IMG/VR virus record: IMGVR_UViG_2671180296_000011
Location: 1-23,719 of that record
Length of the DNA: 23,719 nt
DNA from: a virus
Taxonomy: Duplodnaviria > Heunggongvirae > Uroviricota > Caudoviricetes
Strand: one strand, 5' to 3'
Both the position numbers and the translations under genes were made by a program. Positions 7,553-16,086 of the stretch are shown one piece after another; the first letter of the stretch is position 1, and each line of letters opens with the position of its first letter. The notes under the pieces are model-generated. The model was not told the origin of the DNA and did no database searches. It saw nothing but the letters and a program-made list of their open reading frames with translations.

Positions 7553-8272
7553 TTAACGCACCCTGACAATGTTAATTTCAAAATCATCAATATGTCCGCT
7601 ATTAAGTATAACGAATTTCGTACTCCCACTTCTGTACGATTTTGATAACACAAGACGATCATCATAGCGTGCAAGAACGTAATACCAGACATTATCATAG
7701 TGGATCGACTGATATTCCCTCTTAAACTGGGGTTTGTACCAACCGGCAATAAGAGAGAATGTCCAGAAATAAATCATGAATCCAGCCATCATGAACTCAA
7801 TTCGGTGATGGCGAATAAAAGATACTTCCGAAAAGCATTTGACTGAAATAAGTTTTCTTCCTGACCTGACAAAAAGCGTAATTATAAAGACAGCAATAAC
7901 ACAAAAAATAAGCACATCTGGCTCAACGTACTGATGAATGACCGAAAATTCCAGAACAGGTGGAATAAAAAGCAGCAATATTGCCAGAAAAAGTCTGATA
8001 AAACTCAAATTCTGTATATTGTTTTTTTGTTTTATGCCTAAAAAGAAAACAATACCAACACCCCATCCAGTAAGGAATATAACGATAACGGTCACAGCAT
8101 AAAACAAACTTCGGGCCACATCATCAACGCCAGCTCCGACAACCCACCATGGAAAGCCATAGTAAAAGGAAGTACCCCATCCATAGAAATAAGCGCTTCC
8201 CCATCCAAGACAGCCCATATAAGCAATAAAAAGTGAAGAGTTCCTCAGTAGAGTACTGTCATCCATACCCAT
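7553..8272 (-). CDS. hypothetical polytopic membrane protein (239 aa) in AT-rich moron
   Basis: Long ORF in strongly AT-rich DNA. Aromatic/Gly-rich hydrophobic segments (YFYGWGTSFYYGFPWWVVGAG, VTVIVIFLTGWGVGIVFFLGI, LFLAILLLFIPPVL, LIFCVIAVFIITLF, MMAGFMIYFWTFSLIAGW) and a ~60-aa C-terminal soluble tail. Confidence 0.5.
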   Translation of the reverse strand: MGMDDSTLLRNSSLFIAYMGCLGWGSAYFYGWGTSFYYGFPWWVVGAGVDDVARSLFYAVTVIVIFLTGWGVGIVFFLGIKQKNNIQNLSFIRLFLAILLLFIPPVLEFSVIHQYVEPDVLIFCVIAVFIITLFVRSGRKLISVKCFSEVSFIRHHRIEFMMAGFMIYFWTFSLIAGWYKPQFKREYQSIHYDNVWYYVLARYDDRLVLSKSYRSGSTKFVILNSGHIDDFEINIVRVR

Positions 8273-8407
8273 CTCTCTAACAATTTAAAAACATTGACTC
8301 ACCTTACATAACAAAGGAGATTCCATGCAGTCAAGAGACTTCAGAGCAGGAGAAACTCATTGCACAATCGCCATCACGTTTAACGTTATGCACCGCTTTC
8401 CAGATAT

Positions 8408-8436
8408 AAAAAACCCGCTCGATGGCGGGCTGTAAA
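8408..8436 (-). terminator. rho-independent terminator, tR'-like, downstream of candidate late promoter
   Basis: Minus-strand GCCCGC-CATCGA-GCGGGT stem followed by TTTTTTATAT. About 40-70 nt downstream of the candidate promoter. Confidence 0.55.
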
Positions 8437-8478
8437 AATCCTTCTAACGTCAGGCATAAAACGCCCATCGTTAGAGCA

Positions 8479-8506
8479 AATTTACCACAGATTCGGGAAA
8501 AATCAA
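8479..8506 (-). promoter_or_regulatory. candidate late promoter (pR'-like) just downstream of the Q-like gene
   Basis: Minus-strand TTGATT - 16 nt - TAAATT immediately after the Q-like stop. Position matches the lambda pR'-qut-tR' layout. Approximate coordinates. Confidence 0.35.
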
Positions 8507-8511
8507 CAACA

Positions 8512-9333
8512 CTATCGCGTTACCCTCTTTAACTGCCGCTCCGCCCATGCCTCTTCAATGTCAAACCGAACCACCAACGTATCGTAAAAGCGTTTCACTG
8601 ATTTTTTCCATGTATCAAGCGTGATAGCACTCGTCACTTTGCATATGGCATTAAATGCCTCCGTTGATGGCAGTCTTTCATAGCCACGACCGCCACAACG
8701 CCGGCAGTCCCTGATAACAGGCATACCCCGTTTTTCTGACTCTTCACGATGAATGGCAACACCACGCCCACGGCAGTCTTTACAGGCAGTGGAGATCTCT
8801 CCCTTCCCTTTACATTCAGGACAGGAAACTTTCACCACCTCCCGGATTTTTTTCCATTCTTCCCAATAAGACGGATACACGCCTTTTGTGCACTTTGCCC
8901 ATACTGGCGGCTTACCATCCGGATACTGAACCTTGTTTGTAAAAACTTCGCTTTCAATAAATTTTTCCCCACGGCAACAAGAACACTGCTTTTTACTCGC
9001 TGCACTGCGGGCATAATCCTCAAAAGCATACGAAGCCATAATGCGCATCACTGCCGGTTTTATTTCTGCCGGAAGTTTTCTTAACGCCGCCACGCGATCG
9101 CACTGACTTAATGCATAATCTGCCAGTAATTCTGTTGCCCGCGCCCTGTCGTTCATACTAATGCCCATTTTCCCCAGGAACGCAGAAAATCCCATCTCAG
9201 CCCAGTTCTGTGTCATGCCCTGTGCAGCCATCACATCAGTGATACTCAGTGCATCTTTTGATGTCGAGGCGGATGCATCAGTCAGGCCTGGCGATTTCGG
9301 GGAATAGTATTTCGGTAAATCTTCCAGTTTCAT
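8512..9333 (-). CDS. putative late-gene antiterminator (Q position) with four DnaJ-type CxxCxGxG zinc-finger repeats
   Basis: 273 aa with CSCCRGEK, CPECKGKG, CKDCRGRG, CRRCGGRG. Start overlaps the rusA stop (ATGA). Sits between rusA and the pR'/tR'-like elements, as Q does in lambdoid phages. Confidence 0.5.
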   Translation of the reverse strand: MKLEDLPKYYSPKSPGLTDASASTSKDALSITDVMAAQGMTQNWAEMGFSAFLGKMGISMNDRARATELLADYALSQCDRVAALRKLPAEIKPAVMRIMASYAFEDYARSAASKKQCSCCRGEKFIESEVFTNKVQYPDGKPPVWAKCTKGVYPSYWEEWKKIREVVKVSCPECKGKGEISTACKDCRGRGVAIHREESEKRGMPVIRDCRRCGGRGYERLPSTEAFNAICKVTSAITLDTWKKSVKRFYDTLVVRFDIEEAWAERQLKRVTR

Positions 9334-9710
9334 TTTTGGACCTGCCCGTCATGCATTATTTCGTAAATCTTCACGCCCAGCCGACCACCAGGAACGACCT
9401 GACCTCGCACAATATTGATTTCATCAAACTGCTCGTCGTCGATAAGCAACCCCGCATGTGTCAGTGCATCCAGTGGTGCCTTCAGGATATTGTCCAGGTC
9501 ACGACGGCGCTTATCCGGCGGCTCTGCAATAATCTTTATCGCCAGCCTCCCGGACAGGTTTAATTTCAACCGCTGCTGGCGAACAATTAGTGCCACATCA
9601 CGGCGATAACGCTTTCCGGCCTCCGAGATGAAATACGTATTGCCATGACGTCGCCAGTAGGTATTCACCGTCGGCGGGTAAGGCAAAACAAATTCTATGC
9701 GTTCAGTCAT
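9330..9710 (-). CDS. rusA: RusA-family Holliday junction resolvase
   Basis: 126 aa: ...LPYPPTVNTYWRRHG...EAGKRYRRDVA...PPDKRRRDLDNILKAPLDALTHAGLLIDDEQ... matches RusA conserved acidic residues and motifs. Confidence 0.85.
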   Translation of the reverse strand: MTERIEFVLPYPPTVNTYWRRHGNTYFISEAGKRYRRDVALIVRQQRLKLNLSGRLAIKIIAEPPDKRRRDLDNILKAPLDALTHAGLLIDDEQFDEINIVRGQVVPGGRLGVKIYEIMHDGQVQK

Positions 9711-10766
9711 TCATGCTTTCCACTTCAGGACACCCGAATTTCTCGCGTGCATTAAAAAACGAATCAGCAACAACAGCTGGCTGCCGTGTTTTTCTTCAAA
9801 ATCTTTTACCCCGGCGTGCAGTTCGTTATGACATTTACGGCACAGCGGAATAACAAACAAATCATCAGCCTTTGTTCCCATCCCTCCCAGTCCATGACCA
9901 ATGATGTGATGCGGATCATCTGCCTGATTACCGCACGTCATGCATTTCTGCGTTTTTACCCAACGCGTGTATACAGGCATCTCTTCCCGTTGTGGTTTCT
10001 GGCGCTGGAGATATTGAGCCGGTGACTGCGGATCAACGGCAATGCTGACCACCGTCTTTTCCTGTGGCGGGTTTTGCTGGTGGGCGTGAGGCAGCGGCGC
10101 AAGATTTTTTGTGCGCTGCTTCAGTATGCTGGTGGCGGTCTGCTCTCCCGGTACGATGTCGCTTTCACGGTACATTGAGCGGATTTTTTCCGCACGCAAC
10201 CCCAGCGAACGACGTAATACCGCTTCCGGTAGCGCGTCCGCCACCTGATTGCGGACCGCCCACCAGGATAATTCAGCCAAAGATAATTCACGCTCCTGCG
10301 TACCGCTTATTGCGTGACCGATGACGTCAATCATCCATGCTGACAGGTTTTGATGAGCAAGTTGCTCGAGTGATTCGGATGTCTGGTCACGCAGCTGGTT
10401 GTCGCAGTGCCAGCACAACACCATTGCGCCGGTACCATAACGGTGAATGACGGTTTCGCTGTGATGATAATCGCCGTGTGGCCACTGGCAGGATTTAATA
10501 TGGCGCAACAGCCAGTCAGACAATGCACCAGCACCACCAGCAGCACGAATCACCCGTGCGTTACTGAAAAACGGCAGCAATGTTTTGTCTTCCACCAGCG
10601 GCTGGCGAACGGCAGGAACGACCCCGGACGGCAGATTACGCATGCTTTTCGGTTCCGGCTCCACCAATACCCGGGTATTGTGGAATACCGGCATGGATTC
10701 ACGGCCCGGCTTAACGATCACCAGCCCTAGTTCCGGTACCAGAACAGGTCGAAGTAATACCCGCAC
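9711..10766 (-). CDS. YdfU-like (DUF968-type) prophage protein with C-terminal HNH/zinc-binding-like motif
   Basis: 351 aa with C-terminal CMTCGNQADDPHHIIGHGLGGMGTKADDLFVIPLCRKCHNELH. Size and position match Qin YdfU as recalled. Confidence 0.55.
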   Translation of the reverse strand: MRVLLRPVLVPELGLVIVKPGRESMPVFHNTRVLVEPEPKSMRNLPSGVVPAVRQPLVEDKTLLPFFSNARVIRAAGGAGALSDWLLRHIKSCQWPHGDYHHSETVIHRYGTGAMVLCWHCDNQLRDQTSESLEQLAHQNLSAWMIDVIGHAISGTQERELSLAELSWWAVRNQVADALPEAVLRRSLGLRAEKIRSMYRESDIVPGEQTATSILKQRTKNLAPLPHAHQQNPPQEKTVVSIAVDPQSPAQYLQRQKPQREEMPVYTRWVKTQKCMTCGNQADDPHHIIGHGLGGMGTKADDLFVIPLCRKCHNELHAGVKDFEEKHGSQLLLLIRFLMHARNSGVLKWKA

Positions 10767-10767
10767 G

Positions 10768-11046
10768 TTACCTCCAGATGCGTTGCTGGAATGTGCGAGA
10801 CGGACGCGGTGGGCGCTCGGAGTACGGCAGCCTGACGTAGATTATCCAGAGACGATAATCGAGGCTGAGGGATTTCTTAATCTCGTATCCACGTCTGCGG
10901 TAGTTCTGAATCAGCCATTCGGCCTGTTCTTCAGTGCATGGATCATGCTGGAACCAGTCAGATTTGAATGTGAGAAAACGCCGCCCGTGCCTGCTGGCAA
11001 AGACGGCTGAATTATCAGAATTATGTAGTCTGGAATTTTGCGCCAT
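10768..11046 (-). CDS. hypothetical protein (92 aa), nin-region
   Basis: ORF tightly packed with the downstream gene (stop 10768, next start 10766). GGAGAAAG RBS. Confidence 0.4.
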   Translation of the reverse strand: MAQNSRLHNSDNSAVFASRHGRRFLTFKSDWFQHDPCTEEQAEWLIQNYRRRGYEIKKSLSLDYRLWIIYVRLPYSERPPRPSRTFQQRIWR

Positions 11047-11112
11047 CGGCTTTCTCCGCTGGCACAGTGTTACTCAACAGGGGTTCAGCCCTGCGCTGAA
11101 TTGTAGTTGAAT

Positions 11113-11376
11113 TCACTCATATTCAAAAGCAGAAAAACCAGCCTTAAGCTCAGCTTCTTTCAGAGACTGCAATGATGTGACAAATTCATTTTCACGCAAA
11201 ATAAAACCATCCGTCACAAATCCATCCACAAAATAAATTAACGCAGCTCCACTCTTCCCTTGTTGAGACTGTAAACATTTAATACGGCAGTGACTGACAA
11301 TAGAGCCATTCTCAACGCGCGCAGTGTAGAGGCCATCTTCACTAAAAATTTCACGTAATTCTTCGATTTTCATCAA
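11113..11376 (-). CDS. hypothetical protein (87 aa), nin-region
   Basis: ORF MMKIEELREIFSEDGLYTARVENG... with GGAAGGA RBS about 10 nt upstream. Confidence 0.4.
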   Translation of the reverse strand: MMKIEELREIFSEDGLYTARVENGSIVSHCRIKCLQSQQGKSGAALIYFVDGFVTDGFILRENEFVTSLQSLKEAELKAGFSAFEYE

Positions 11377-11532
11377 CAGAATCCTTCCAGATAAATAGCA
11401 CTCCCCTGTTCGGGGTCCATCCCTCTTCTCCCTGCGCGCTAACTAAGTAATATGATTCTATTTACCCCAAACGCCCCCTCAAGAACCGCAACCAATGGAG
11501 TACACAAAAAGCTAATCAGCTACGCTACGCAA

Positions 11533-11556
11533 TAAAAAACCCGCCGAAGCGGGTTA
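11533..11556 (-). terminator. rho-independent terminator downstream of hok (minus strand)
   Basis: Minus-strand AACCCGC-TTCG-GCGGGTT stem followed by TTTTTTATT. Confidence 0.55.
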
Positions 11557-11625
11557 AGTGCGGGCGCGTTGAGGATGCCTGACACATCAGAGGTGGCGAG
11601 GGATTTCTCCCTCGCCAGGTCACTC

Positions 11626-11781
11626 TTACTCCTCAGATTCGTAAGCTGTGAAGACAGCGACCTCCGTCTGGCCGGTTCGGATTCGCACCTCGCAGAGGTC
11701 TTTCCTCGTTACCAGTGCCGTCACTATGACGGTTAAACAGATGACGATCAGGGCGATTAGCATCGCCTTTTGCTGCTTCAT
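11626..11781 (-). CDS. hok: Hok-family type I toxin (51 aa)
   Basis: MKQQKAMLIALIVICLTVIVTALVTRKDLCEVRIRTGQTEVAVFTAYESEE has the Hok/Gef pattern (TM helix, conserved Cys, RxxxxEVAxFxAYES). The in-frame upstream extension in the ORF track is not part of Hok. Confidence 0.8.
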   Translation of the reverse strand: MKQQKAMLIALIVICLTVIVTALVTRKDLCEVRIRTGQTEVAVFTAYESEE

Positions 11782-12206
11782 AGCCTGCTTCTCCTTGCCT
11801 TTCGGCACGTAAGAGGCTAACCTACGTGTGTAGAGCATAGATATGGCCTCAGATTAATGTTAAGCGTCTTGCCGGACGCGTAATGTTAACTGGGGCTTTT
11901 CTCTGTCTGCCTTACGGCGGCATGCCCGAGGCAGACAGCCTCAAGCACCCGCAGCAATTCTACTTAACTATCCTTTTCCCGCAAATCGTTTCTATCATGT
12001 GCACCTTATGTCCCCGTCCTTTAGGACTCGGAGGAGGTCAAGTAACAATGACTTGATCAAGATATATACTATATGTATTCTAAAAAGAATTAATGCTTGT
12101 ACCGTTCAATATGGACTTTAACGTTGAATATTTCTCAAGCGCAAGGAATTTCAAATATATTTAAACCAGAATTACGTTTATACAGGATTAGATAAGGATT
12201 TCATCT

Positions 12207-12791
12207 ATGTACATGCACGGTAGTTTGTCAAATCGCTTAGATGTCATAATTCGAGATGGCAACAAAATGGCATTACTTGTTATTGATGAGCATGATGACG
12301 CAGTGTTACCTAAAAAATTCGAATCAGGTAACGTTATTGGGTCTCTTCTTCCGAAGTCTTCTTCAGTTACTGCGTACCAACAACGCTTGCTTATGTTTAT
12401 GCAACGAATGGAAATACCTGTGTGGTGTATCAAACAACGCTCTAACATGTATGGGCCACTTCGCGTCCAATTAAGAGGACTTTATAATGGAACACAAAAA
12501 ATGATTACCAAAACAGGATATAATGCCTTTAAAAATACCACATTACATTCAGATTTACAGAGTCAAGGTATAACTCATTTAGTTGCCATGGGATGGAACG
12601 CGAATGTATGCGTCGCTGCAACATTAGGCGTTTTCACTCCAAGAAATAAACTGGAAGATGAAAATCATGGTCCAGGAGCATTACAACTAGGATACAAAAT
12701 ATTATCAACAGGCGATATATTACATGGCAATGGTGTTATTTCATGGGCATACCACCCATCAAGGATGATTGAATTTTTTGAACGTTTTTGA
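12207..12791 (+). CDS. isochorismatase-family (cysteine hydrolase/nicotinamidase-like) protein in low-GC island
   Basis: 194 aa. MALLVIDEHDD resembles the N-terminal Asp motif and THLVAMGWNANVCVAATL the G-x-x-[TA]-N-x-C-V catalytic Cys motif. AAGGA RBS 8 nt upstream. Plus strand among minus-strand neighbours. Confidence 0.5.
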   Translation: MYMHGSLSNRLDVIIRDGNKMALLVIDEHDDAVLPKKFESGNVIGSLLPKSSSVTAYQQRLLMFMQRMEIPVWCIKQRSNMYGPLRVQLRGLYNGTQKMITKTGYNAFKNTTLHSDLQSQGITHLVAMGWNANVCVAATLGVFTPRNKLEDENHGPGALQLGYKILSTGDILHGNGVISWAYHPSRMIEFFERF

Positions 12792-13085
12792 TAAGAATCG
12801 TTGAATATTGGAGTTACTGAGATTAATAAAGAACATTTCGCCTCGCCATATTACTTTCCCAATTTTGCATCATCACTGACTTCAAATGCGTCTGCATGCA
12901 TTCCAAATTCAATACCCGTTTTTATTAGCCATTTCTGGCGGTCTCCTGATGTTTTGAGGGTCGAAAATCCATCCAGTTGGTAAACAGGCTCTACCGTTAA
13001 GGATTTAATAAAAATCACTTTTGATTTAAATTTTCAGTATTTTGTCATCTGTGCTCACTGTATTGCCCCCTGAAAAATCACCTCA

Positions 13086-13352
13086 TTACCCCAGTTTTTC
13101 TGCCAGTGCCAGCTCAGCCCTTGCACCTGCTGACTGGAACCAGTTTCGAAGCATGTAAACCGCATCCGCGCTACGGAGCATTTCCATGCAGATATCCATG
13201 TAGTGCGACTGAGTCAGTCCGTCCGGAAGAACTGCCGGGTTTAAAACGGTATGCCCTTCCCGTTTTAGCTCCTCTTCCGCCTTGTGAAACGCCTCGCGGT
13301 TGAAATTTTCATACCCGGTCATCGGACCGGCGATATAAACCCTCACCCTCAC
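13086..13352 (-). CDS. DUF4406-like (nucleoside 2-deoxyribosyltransferase-like) small protein
   Basis: 88 aa MRVRVYIAGPMTGYENFNREAFHKAEEELKREGHTVLNPA... The YIAGPMTG motif is characteristic of this family as recalled. Confidence 0.45.
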   Translation of the reverse strand: MRVRVYIAGPMTGYENFNREAFHKAEEELKREGHTVLNPAVLPDGLTQSHYMDICMEMLRSADAVYMLRNWFQSAGARAELALAEKLG

Positions 13353-13786
13353 TCCATCACCTCCTGAAAATTACCCCGATAGAACGCCAGCACTCGCTGC
13401 ATAACCTCACTCTTCCGGCACTCGCGACAGATTATGTTCTGTTGTCTGTCGTAGCGGCGTATTTCTCCATCAGGTAATATCCTGATAAGGTCCGGATCAA
13501 CCACAGCAGGTTTCTTCACCTTTACCCTCGATAGTTTTTTGCGGGCGTTTTGCCAGTCCTTACGAGCCTGTTCAGACGGGAATAACCCGTAGCCAGAGTT
13601 GTATAAATCGCCACTGGCAACCAGCTCTCTGGCAAGAACACTCATCAGATATCTTGTCGCACCTGTTTTCGCTTCCGGTTGCCGTAACGTCTCGCGCCCG
13701 CTCAGACGCACAAGTTCAACAACCTGTACCTTAATTTTTTCCCGCTCTTCTTGTGTAAATACTTTTGCCATAAGCGCCTCCGGCAA
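13349..13786 (-). CDS. hypothetical protein (145 aa), nin-region
   Basis: ORF overlapping the downstream gene by 4 nt. Contains CRECRK. No family recognised. Confidence 0.4.
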   Translation of the reverse strand: MPEALMAKVFTQEEREKIKVQVVELVRLSGRETLRQPEAKTGATRYLMSVLARELVASGDLYNSGYGLFPSEQARKDWQNARKKLSRVKVKKPAVVDPDLIRILPDGEIRRYDRQQNIICRECRKSEVMQRVLAFYRGNFQEVME

Positions 13787-14557
13787 TCACTTTTCCGATG
13801 CAACACTGCGGGAAGAATCAGTAATCTGTCGAACAATATCCCGGTGCTTGTTCAGCTCCCGCAGCGCGGCGCAGACACGCTCCCACTTCTGGACATGACT
13901 TTTCGCCCGACGCAGTTCGCGGTTTGCCATATGCAGTGATGGTAAAATCAGGTCATTCGCACGCGTTTCGGTAAACGATGGCAACGACTGCACAATGTCC
14001 GCCACAGTTTTTGTTTTAATATCTTCCTGTGTTGCAGCTTCCTGTACCGGTAACGCAACACCTGCTGGCTGAGGAAAGGCGTTACCATCGGTTTCCGCTA
14101 CCGATGCGACTTTCAGCTCTGCTGGTAAATTATCTCCCGGCATGCAGTAGCGAAATTTACCGTTCTGGTTTACGCGTGCCAGCCGCCCCGTTGCGGTTAC
14201 TACTGCCAGCGTGGAAGCAACCTTGCGAGTGCTGACACAGAACTTACCCGCCAGTTCCTCACACGTTTTAGCTCCCTCCTGACCGATAAACTCAATCATC
14301 ATGTCAGCGGTAACTTTTCGTTCGACCGCCCTGGTTAGCACATCCGGTACTTCAGATTGTGCTGGCTGCTCTTCGGTTACCCCGGATTCACCTTCGCCAG
14401 CCAGAAACCAGGTGTGACCCGTTTTATCAACGACGCCATTTCTTTTCAGTTCCCACAGATCGTTCAGCACTTCTTCACGACTGATATCAAGTCGCGCAGC
14501 CAGTTCTGTCGACGTGGCTTTCCCCATTGCTTTCAGTGCGTCAAAAACAGTCTCCAT
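13787..14557 (-). CDS. hypothetical protein (256 aa) with N-terminal winged-helix-like segment
   Basis: Start set at internal Met [41 protein letters not shown]... with GGAGG RBS 9 nt upstream. The ORF-track N-terminal extension would overlap the P-like gene. Confidence 0.45.
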   Translation of the reverse strand: METVFDALKAMGKATSTELAARLDISREEVLNDLWELKRNGVVDKTGHTWFLAGEGESGVTEEQPAQSEVPDVLTRAVERKVTADMMIEFIGQEGAKTCEELAGKFCVSTRKVASTLAVVTATGRLARVNQNGKFRYCMPGDNLPAELKVASVAETDGNAFPQPAGVALPVQEAATQEDIKTKTVADIVQSLPSFTETRANDLILPSLHMANRELRRAKSHVQKWERVCAALRELNKHRDIVRQITDSSRSVASEK

Positions 14558-14591
14558 TAAAATTTCCTCCCGGTAAAAATCACTTCTCAAC

Positions 14592-15053
14592 TCAAACAAA
14601 ACCAGCCGCTTTCCGGCGTTCATACTCCCGTTTCAGCAACTCAATTGGTGTTGGCCCCGACGGGCGTTTTGGTGCTGCCAGTTGCCGCCGGACTGGCGGA
14701 ACACTCAGGCCCATACCAACATGCTTTGCCCATTTCGTCAGTTGCCGTTCTGCAAGTCGTTTTAACTCCCCTTCGGTCATCTGACGTTCAATCCCCTTTG
14801 AACGCATCTCGAGGCAAATGTGATACAGCACAGGCTGAGACCACGGATATTTATCGCTTCCGTCGTATCGCCAGGACTCATTACGCCAGCGTCGGTACTC
14901 CTCCATCACGGTATCCACCGTCAGACCAAATGGATTTGCCCCGCTCTCCGAAATCAGCGCCACAAACTCAGCCAGGTCCGGAGGCCATGTTTCACCCGCC
15001 CGGCAGCGGTCCATGCACTGGCGGCAGACCTGCCGGATTTGCTGCTCAGTCAT
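14592..15053 (-). CDS. lambda P-like replication protein (helicase loader)
   Basis: 153 aa. ...[13 protein letters not shown]...[13 protein letters not shown]...[18 protein letters not shown]...[10 protein letters not shown]... parallels the lambda P C-terminal region as recalled. Overlaps the O-like stop. Confidence 0.6.
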   Translation of the reverse strand: MTEQQIRQVCRQCMDRCRAGETWPPDLAEFVALISESGANPFGLTVDTVMEEYRRWRNESWRYDGSDKYPWSQPVLYHICLEMRSKGIERQMTEGELKRLAERQLTKWAKHVGMGLSVPPVRRQLAAPKRPSGPTPIELLKREYERRKAAGFV

Positions 15054-16086
15054 CGCGCCAATCTGTGCAATCCAGAGCTTCGAAGGTGCTGCCCCGTTTT
15101 TCTAGGTCCAGCGGTTCGAATAAACCTCCCCCATGAGTTCCCACAGCTTCCAGGCCGTTTCCGTCGCTGATAAATCCGTTTTCACGTTCCCACTGCTCAC
15201 GTGCTGCCCGAATTTCCTGAACTGCCCGTGATGCGGTGCCACCTGGTGCTGCTGCATGGCTCACCCCCTTGCTGACTGGTTTAACCTGCGCCCTGACATG
15301 ATTTACGTGACGGGCGAATTTCTGCTCCCACTGAACCTGCGTGAAAACTTTACCCTCCTCAGTCCAGTAATCCCTGAATGCGGCAAGTTCAGCAGGTGTA
15401 AATTCCGGCTCTGGCAGAGCCATCCCCCACAACGCAGCCCGTCGTCGAAAATCCCGTGACGGATACCAGCTATCGGTCATCGGAAATTTTCCGATGGGTT
15501 CGTTCACGCCGTCCAGGAGCACGGGGGATGTTGTCTGTAGCGACAAAACTCCCTGCTCACTGGTCGGAGCACTCTCACGTGCGTTATGTGTGGGGTTTAG
15601 ATCTTTGGGTTCCTTTGGGTTCCGTGATCCGTTTTTGGGTGTCTTTGATGGAAAATTTGGGTGTCTTTGGTTATTTTCCATGCAGCAAAGAGTTCCGTTT
15701 TTGGGGCTGTTTTGTGCTGAAACATAACCGTTTTCGGTACTGTTTTTATTAACAGCACCAATTTTACCCACCTTTAAAGACACCCGTTTTTGGGTGTATT
15801 CAGGCTCGGCAACACTTTCTTCTACACCGATAAGTCGGTACACCACAATTTGCTTTGTTCTGCCTTTTCTCTCACCGGTATCAATAATTAACCCAATCTC
15901 CATCAGGTGTCGTAAGCTGTCCTGCACAGTCTTTTTGTTCAGTTCCGTTACTTCTGCCAGTGCAGATACAGACGGGTATGCACACAAATCGGCACCGCAC
16001 ATATCAGCAAGCCAGGTCAATACTGACTTACTGGATGAACTGCCGGTTTTCACCTTTTTAGCCCACCGTAGTGCATCGATACTCAT
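15046..16086 (-). CDS. replication initiator (O-like) with N-terminal HTH and iteron-encoded linker
   Basis: Start set at MSIDALRWAKK... (GAGG RBS). Low-complexity KNG/PKN linker coincides with the iteron DNA repeats. Directly upstream of the P-like gene. Confidence 0.55.
   Translation of the reverse strand: MSIDALRWAKKVKTGSSSSKSVLTWLADMCGADLCAYPSVSALAEVTELNKKTVQDSLRHLMEIGLIIDTGERKGRTKQIVVYRLIGVEESVAEPEYTQKRVSLKVGKIGAVNKNSTENGYVSAQNSPKNGTLCCMENNQRHPNFPSKTPKNGSRNPKEPKDLNPTHNARESAPTSEQGVLSLQTTSPVLLDGVNEPIGKFPMTDSWYPSRDFRRRAALWGMALPEPEFTPAELAAFRDYWTEEGKVFTQVQWEQKFARHVNHVRAQVKPVSKGVSHAAAPGGTASRAVQEIRAAREQWERENGFISDGNGLEAVGTHGGGLFEPLDLEKRGSTFEALDCTDWRDD
15600..15805. repeat. iteron cluster plus AT-rich segment: candidate replication origin inside O-like gene
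   Basis: Tandem TTTGGGTTCC x2 (15604-15623). Copies of (G)TTTTTGGGTGTCTTTG near 15630-15647, 15654-15670, 15686-15704 and 15784-15801, one inverted (AAAGACACCC at 15776-15785). AT-rich stretch at 15720-15775. Confidence 0.55.

Noticed and set aside
11782-12206. relB/relE genes adjacent to hok, as in K-12 Qin relBE-hokD
   Set aside because: No ORFs of RelB or RelE size or character are present upstream of hok. The region is AT-rich non-coding leading into the isochorismatase-like gene.
12188-12448. 86-aa minus-strand ORF overlapping the start of the isochorismatase-like gene
   Set aside because: Overlaps a better-supported plus-strand gene with an RBS. No homolog recognised.
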